From a virus: a stretch of DNA of 43,647 nt. The translations under genes were made by a program, and so were the position numbers. The stretch lies in IMG/VR virus record IMGVR_UViG_3300042269_000036; one strand, 5' to 3'. Shown here piece after piece: positions 39,202-43,647 of the stretch. The notes under the pieces were generated by a model that saw only the letters and a list, made by a program, of their open reading frames with translations, did not search any database and was not told where the DNA came from. How positions within the stretch are numbered: position 1 is the stretch's first letter; each line of letters begins with the position of its first letter.

Positions 39202-41448
39202 TTATGCAATAAATGACATTTGCTCTGCGGTGTTGGTGTCGGCCTCAACGAGGTTTTTAACGGCCTGACTGAAATAACTGTCTTTCAATTCAACCCCGAC
39301 GAATTTTCTACCCATTTTCAATGACTGGTAGCCTTCTGACCCGATCCCGGCAAATGGCGAGAAAACCGTGTCGCCCTCATTGGTCCACAGTTGCAAGGAC
39401 CGTTCAATAACGTCGAGTTGCAACGGGCAAATGTGCCGTTCGTCTTTATCGTCGCGAGCGGAAGTACGCTGCAATGTGTTGGACGGGTTAATGTCCATCC
39501 AGACCGGGGATGCGTACCTTTGCCACACGTCGATTGACAAATTTTTCGTTTGTTTAAACGTCGACTGATCGCCCGCGAAATACTTAAGTTCACCGCACAC
39601 AGGTTCTGGGTTTTCCCCCGGTTTGCGCATGACCACCAGATAATCTGGTATGCCCTGACGCGACATGCAACTATCTTTTTTAAGTTGTTTGTGGAGTAAT
39701 CCAAGTGCCTTTGTGCGTTGCATGGCCGTTACCGGGTCCTTCCAAATAACCACTTCGCTGTGATATATCCAGCCAGCGTCCTGAAATGTTTTGATGAGTT
39801 GCCCGCGAAAATCCTTAATGCCGATAACCCCGTCGCGCGCTTTACTGGTCGGAAGATTCATACAATGAAACGCGCAGAGCCTCCCCGGCTTAGTAATACG
39901 CAACAGTTCCGGCACCAAGAAACTGAAATGGTCAGCAAATTCCTGATCCGTTTTACAGTTCCCCATGTCGCGGTCGCTGGCCGAGTAGGTATAAAGCGAT
40001 GCGAACGGCGGGGAAAAGATCGAAAAATGCACGCTGTCGTCGGGGATTTCCCGCGTTACGTCAACGCAATCGCCATGGTATAAGGTCCAATTTTCGGATG
40101 ATTCAACCCCACGCGCATAGTCAACAGTCTGACGCGTTGTGCCGTGGATCTCATCGGTGTTAATACCCGCCATATATTTCACCATTTCTGACGCCATCAA
40201 CTCCGCGTCAGCCTCTTTGCGTTCAATGTTTTTCACAACCGCCCCTTCCGTTTCTGCGGTCACGACATGGACTGTGACCTTGTTTTTCTGCCCGAACCGC
40301 CAGCATCGCCTAACCGCCTGATAAAATTGCTCATAGGAATCGGACAGTCCGAGAAAAATCATAGTGTCGCAATGTTGCCAATTCATGCCAAACCCGGCGA
40401 TGCTTGGTTTGGTGACAAGCGTTTTAACACTGCCATCCGAAAAGCCGAGCATGGCAGATTCTTTGTGCTCGTTTTTATCAGATCCTTTCACTTCTACCGC
40501 GCCGTCAATTAAATGTTTTGCTGCGGCAGATTCATCGTTGAGGTTGCACCATACTAGGCACGGTCCATTCGTGTTGTTGGCAATTTCTGCTGCGAGCTTG
40601 GCGCGTTTGCCCACAGTGGCTTTGCGCTCTTGCTGTCGCTCCTGCAACGTAAGCGCCTCGACCGGGAACAAAAACCCATCGGGAGCCTCATTCTTTTTGA
40701 CAACATGGTGTTTAATCTCAAGCGGCGGCAAAATAAATCCTCCGTCGTCATACCCAAGATCGGACGGTTTGCGAATCATGACTGCCCAGGACGCCACCCA
40801 TCGCCAGAAATCATTTTGAGCATGCCCTTTGATTCGCCATTTCTGCGTTTCTCCACCGTCATGCACAAAAAACATGCTTAACATTTCCACACGGCTCATC
40901 ACACCCAAAAACTCTGCATGGTTGCCTAGTTCCATGTGATCGTTCGGGGCGGGCGTTGCGGTACACGCCAGACGAAAGGCCGTGTTTTTGAACGCATCTA
41001 TAATCTCATTTCTTATTTTCCCGGTATAGCTCTTTAAAATTGATGATTCATCAAGGACGACACCAGCAAAATGGTCTGCATTAAATTTGCCAAGCATTTC
41101 ATAATTGGTTATTGTGATTCCTGATGAAACTTGTTCTTGGCTGCGGCAATACTTCACGTCAATGCCAAACTTCGCGCCCTCCCTAACGGTTTGCATTGAC
41201 ACGGCCAGCGGAGCCAGGATTAACACATCGCCGCCCGTATACTCATGAACATGCTTCCCCCACTCTAGCTGTATGGCTGTTTTGCCCATTCCACAATCGG
41301 CAAACAGCGCTGCCCTCCCGCGCTTTAACGCCCAACGAACAATGTCTTTCTGGAATTCGAACAGTGCCGGGTTTATTCCAACGTCTGCGCGTATTCCAGT
41401 TGCCGCGTCCGCCACGGCTTTTTTCTGCAAAAAGTCCTCGTATCGCAT
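39202..41448 (-). CDS. Fusion of SNF2/DEAD-type helicase and beta-class N6A/N4C DNA methyltransferase (748 aa)
   Basis: DCGMGKT (Walker A), VVLDESS (DExx), helicase C block QAVRRCWRFGQ. Then FSPPFASLY (motif IV) precedes FSPFAGIGSEG (motif I). Confidence 0.85.
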   Translation of the reverse strand: MRYEDFLQKKAVADAATGIRADVGINPALFEFQKDIVRWALKRGRAALFADCGMGKTAIQLEWGKHVHEYTGGDVLILAPLAVSMQTVREGAKFGIDVKYCRSQEQVSSGITITNYEMLGKFNADHFAGVVLDESSILKSYTGKIRNEIIDAFKNTAFRLACTATPAPNDHMELGNHAEFLGVMSRVEMLSMFFVHDGGETQKWRIKGHAQNDFWRWVASWAVMIRKPSDLGYDDGGFILPPLEIKHHVVKKNEAPDGFLFPVEALTLQERQQERKATVGKRAKLAAEIANNTNGPCLVWCNLNDESAAAKHLIDGAVEVKGSDKNEHKESAMLGFSDGSVKTLVTKPSIAGFGMNWQHCDTMIFLGLSDSYEQFYQAVRRCWRFGQKNKVTVHVVTAETEGAVVKNIERKEADAELMASEMVKYMAGINTDEIHGTTRQTVDYARGVESSENWTLYHGDCVDVTREIPDDSVHFSIFSPPFASLYTYSASDRDMGNCKTDQEFADHFSFLVPELLRITKPGRLCAFHCMNLPTSKARDGVIGIKDFRGQLIKTFQDAGWIYHSEVVIWKDPVTAMQRTKALGLLHKQLKKDSCMSRQGIPDYLVVMRKPGENPEPVCGELKYFAGDQSTFKQTKNLSIDVWQRYASPVWMDINPSNTLQRTSARDDKDERHICPLQLDVIERSLQLWTNEGDTVFSPFAGIGSEGYQSLKMGRKFVGVELKDSYFSQAVKNLVEADTNTAEQMSFIA

Positions 41449-41482
41449 GCTAAATCCTCCTGAACGTCACGACTACCCACTA

Positions 41483-41962
41483 TTAAAATAGTTGAGTGCG
41501 GTACAATGCGTCTCCGTCAAAACGGCATTCCGGCATGTGAGCAAAGGGGATTTCATCGTCCGGGTTAAACGGCGCTTCCTGATATGCCCCGCCTCCGCCC
41601 GTCTCGCTTCCGTGCTGGCTGCGTGAGGCGTTTTCTTGCCTCTGCCCTTGTCCTTGGTTGCGTGGGCCATAATCGACGCGGGAAGCCTTTAATTCTGTGC
41701 GGTACTTGTCTTGCCCATCCTGCCCTTGCCACTTGCGCGTTTTCATTCGGCCCTCAACAACGACGTAGCTACCGACTTGCAAATACTTGTTCATGTTTTC
41801 TGCCTGCTTGTCCCAGATTTCACACTGGAACCACTCGGTGTGATCCTTGTCGAAACCTTCTGTTACGCCGACGGAGAAGTTGCAAACAGCTTTACCTTGC
41901 GGCGTGTAGCGCAATTCCATTTTGCCGATGTTGCCAGTAATAACTATCCGTTGGAATCCCAT
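41483..41962 (-). CDS. ssb: Single-stranded DNA-binding protein with extended C-terminus (159 aa)
   Basis: OB-fold block NRIVITGNIGKMELRYTPQGKAVCNFSVGV...WFQCEIWDKQAE, Gly/Gln-rich linker, PDDEIPF followed by 20 further residues. Confidence 0.85.
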   Translation of the reverse strand: MGFQRIVITGNIGKMELRYTPQGKAVCNFSVGVTEGFDKDHTEWFQCEIWDKQAENMNKYLQVGSYVVVEGRMKTRKWQGQDGQDKYRTELKASRVDYGPRNQGQGQRQENASRSQHGSETGGGGAYQEAPFNPDDEIPFAHMPECRFDGDALYRTQLF

Positions 41963-41990
41963 GTTATATCTCCAAAGTTAAAGTAATGGC

Positions 41991-42332
41991 TTAGCTTTCC
42001 AATCGCTTGAGCAGGTTGCCGAGCTTGCAGTCTGCGGCGTGACCTTCTGTTTTTAGCCTGTCACAAACAGCACAAACATTGTCATAACGGTCATCGCCAT
42101 ACGCCCACTCCAACTCCTTGAGCAGTTCCAGCATTTCTGCGTTTTGCTGTTTCAACTCATCTCCTGGACTTACTTGCCACGGTTCTTTTATTTCTCGCCA
42201 AAACGGGCAGTCTTCCTTTTTCCCGTATTTCCGAGCATGACAACAATTCTCCGATGGCTCGCCGTTTTCAATGACGCAATCATGCTGTGGCGGTTCCCCA
42301 ATGCCATGGTCTACAAAACAGCCATATTTCAT
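41991..42332 (-). CDS. Hypothetical Cys-rich protein (113 aa)
   Basis: ATG 42332 with AGGAGG RBS. The longer track version overlaps the upstream gene. Confidence 0.55.
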   Translation of the reverse strand: MKYGCFVDHGIGEPPQHDCVIENGEPSENCCHARKYGKKEDCPFWREIKEPWQVSPGDELKQQNAEMLELLKELEWAYGDDRYDNVCAVCDRLKTEGHAADCKLGNLLKRLES

Positions 42333-42354
42333 CTCTTCCTCCTTCTTCATATCG

Positions 42355-42822
42355 TTATGCCGCCTCAACGCGCATCTTGTCCGCATGGTACACAGCCACA
42401 GCATAGGCGCTGCGTTTGTCCGAGTTGCCCTTGAGCAGATGCAGCGGCCCACCTTTTTTATCGCTGCCGAAGCGGGTTAAAAGCGCCTGCCGGATCAGCG
42501 AGTCCTTAACCTTCATGCCGCCGATTAATGCCCGTGCGTATTCAGGGCGCGGGTAGATGTAGCAGTTAACCTCTTCAATCGCCGCTATCCTGCGGCACTC
42601 TCCAACGATGTAGCAGGTTTCAAAGACCGTCTTGCCAACCGCCATCCCGTAGCTCTGTATCCCTTCAATAACCACTGTGCCAATGCCGCTTTTGATAAGC
42701 GCCGGAAGGGTAAAGTCAAGGAAGCGGTTGTTGTCCTGTTTGTCCGCTTCGACCACCGCGTAGTCTTCAGACATGACTGCATACGCTGTTTCTTCGCTGC
42801 CTGGGTCAATGCCGATTATCAT
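42355..42822 (-). CDS. RuvC-like Holliday-junction resolvase (155 aa)
   Basis: MIIGIDPGSEETAYAV, TVVIEGIQS, SDKRSAYAVAVYH. Confidence 0.75.
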   Translation of the reverse strand: MIIGIDPGSEETAYAVMSEDYAVVEADKQDNNRFLDFTLPALIKSGIGTVVIEGIQSYGMAVGKTVFETCYIVGECRRIAAIEEVNCYIYPRPEYARALIGGMKVKDSLIRQALLTRFGSDKKGGPLHLLKGNSDKRSAYAVAVYHADKMRVEAA

Positions 42823-43058
42823 GCTACCCCCGCGAATGCCTGTTGTGCATTCTCGACCAGGTTACCGGCACGCGTAATGACGCCGCGCAACCGCTGTATC
42901 TCCGTGGCCTGCTCGCCAATGATTTCACGGCAGCGGATATTGTCCTGTTTCAGCGCGTCCGATTTCATGCGGCACCGCGCCAGCTCTGCGTCTTTGGCGT
43001 CAATAATCATGCGCTGCTCTGATACGGCTATCTCTAGTGCCGTGCATCTGTCACACAT
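42819..43058 (-). CDS. Coiled-coil hypothetical protein (79 aa)
   Basis: ATG 43058 with AAAGGAG RBS. Confidence 0.55.
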   Translation of the reverse strand: MCDRCTALEIAVSEQRMIIDAKDAELARCRMKSDALKQDNIRCREIIGEQATEIQRLRGVITRAGNLVENAQQAFAGVA

Positions 43059-43074
43059 ATGCGCTCCTTTAATT

Positions 43075-43118
43075 AATTTTCCGCTTTTGGCCTTTAATAT
43101 CGTGATAAGCGGAAAATT
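43075..43118. repeat. 12-bp perfect inverted repeat just upstream of an RBS
   Basis: AATTTTCCGCTT-n20-AAGCGGAAAATT. Confidence 0.8.
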
Positions 43119-43135
43119 TTCCACCTATCACCCTG

Positions 43136-43647
43136 TTAAACGGCCCTCGCCAGCAGTGGTTTTCCATTGGCCTCAAAAACAGCCTTCGCGAAACCGACCG
43201 GCGTTGCCGACCTGATATTGTGACGTTCGGAAGACGGCGGACATTTGTGTATCCTGTCGTCTGGTTCTGCCATCCCATCTGCCTCGTATCGTTCCGGCAT
43301 CACAAAGCCGTTGCCTGTCCACAGGCAGGTCTTCTTGGTGTAATTGTCCTGCCGCGCCCACCCCGTAAAATGATGCGGATGGAAACTATGGTCAGGCTTT
43401 CTCCAATGGCTTGAAATATTGCTGACAGGGTTTTCTATCAAATACGGCGCTCCGGCCCATTCGCAAAACTCCGCAGCCGTTGCGAACATTGCAATACTCA
43501 TTTCCAGCCGCCTAAGCCCCTTGCCCCTGAACCACCTGGCACCGCTCACAGCGAGGTGGTCACAAGGTGGGAATGCCGCCACAAATGCAATCCGACTTCG
43601 GCTTACTGGCGGCAACCACGGGCGCGTCAAGTCGGCGTGTACCTTAT
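43136..43647 (-). CDS. 3' (catalytic) part of the junction-spanning C5 DNA-methyltransferase-like gene
   Basis: The ORF runs off the window end and continues at 128..164 after circularisation. FPPCDHLAVSG (PC motif), YLIENPVS (ENV-like), RSATPVGFAKAV (motif X-like). Confidence 0.65.
   Translation of the reverse strand, partial: KVHADLTRPWLPPVSRSRIAFVAAFPPCDHLAVSGARWFRGKGLRRLEMSIAMFATAAEFCEWAGAPYLIENPVSNISSHWRKPDHSFHPHHFTGWARQDNYTKKTCLWTGNGFVMPERYEADGMAEPDDRIHKCPPSSERHNIRSATPVGFAKAVFEANGKPLLARAV
43521..43647. repeat. Terminal direct repeat, right copy (identical to 1..127)
   Basis: See left copy. Confidence 0.97.

Noticed and set aside
1-43647. CRISPR arrays, rRNA genes, transposases/IS elements
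   Set aside because: No spacer-repeat periodicity, no rRNA-like segments and no transposase-like ORFs were seen. The only tandem or inverted repeats are those listed as features.

Overview
The window is one complete tailed-phage genome. Bases 1..127 recur exactly at 43521..43647, so the unit is 43,520 bp and closes into a circle, or has a short terminal repeat. Almost everything is on the minus strand, in tightly coupled operons with ATGA/GTGA/TGATG start-stop overlaps and AGGAGG-type RBS. Reading the minus strand gives three blocks. (i) An early/DNA-metabolism operon starts at a predicted sigma70-type promoter with a palindromic operator (7217..7267). It runs 7070 to 1, crosses the junction and ends at 36088. 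It encodes an RHH-like regulator, a small TM protein, an Ala-rich tetrapeptide-repeat protein, a PD-(D/E)XK exonuclease with an ERF annealase, NinB, a Ref-like HNH protein and a Dcm-type C5 methyltransferase. It also encodes a second small C5-MTase-like gene broken at a G9 tract, a RuvC-like resolvase, SSB, an SNF2-helicase/amino-MTase fusion, an initiator with internal iterons and a DnaB-type helicase. (ii) Next come a promoter/short-leader/terminator cassette, a 240-nt unassigned leader, tRNA-Thr(UGU) and a second terminator. (iii) A late operon runs 35445 to 7372. It encodes terminase small and large subunits, a T7-type portal, scaffold, major capsid, a cement-like protein, tail tubular A/B and internal virion proteins including a 2122-aa polyvalent protein with ART-like and HExxH modules. 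It continues with a tail fibre, an M15 endolysin, holin candidates, a metallophosphoesterase and a lectin-like second receptor-binding candidate. Two self-contained cassettes sit on the plus strand inside the late region: an operator-controlled two-gene acr/aca-like unit (33370..34153) and an AT-rich membrane-protein moron (20488..20801). A 42-bp sequence next to a hairpin+T-run occurs in inverted orientation at both borders of the late region. No integrase, reverse transcriptase, CRISPR array or rRNA was found. All functional calls rest on motif recognition by eye and on gene order, not on database searches.
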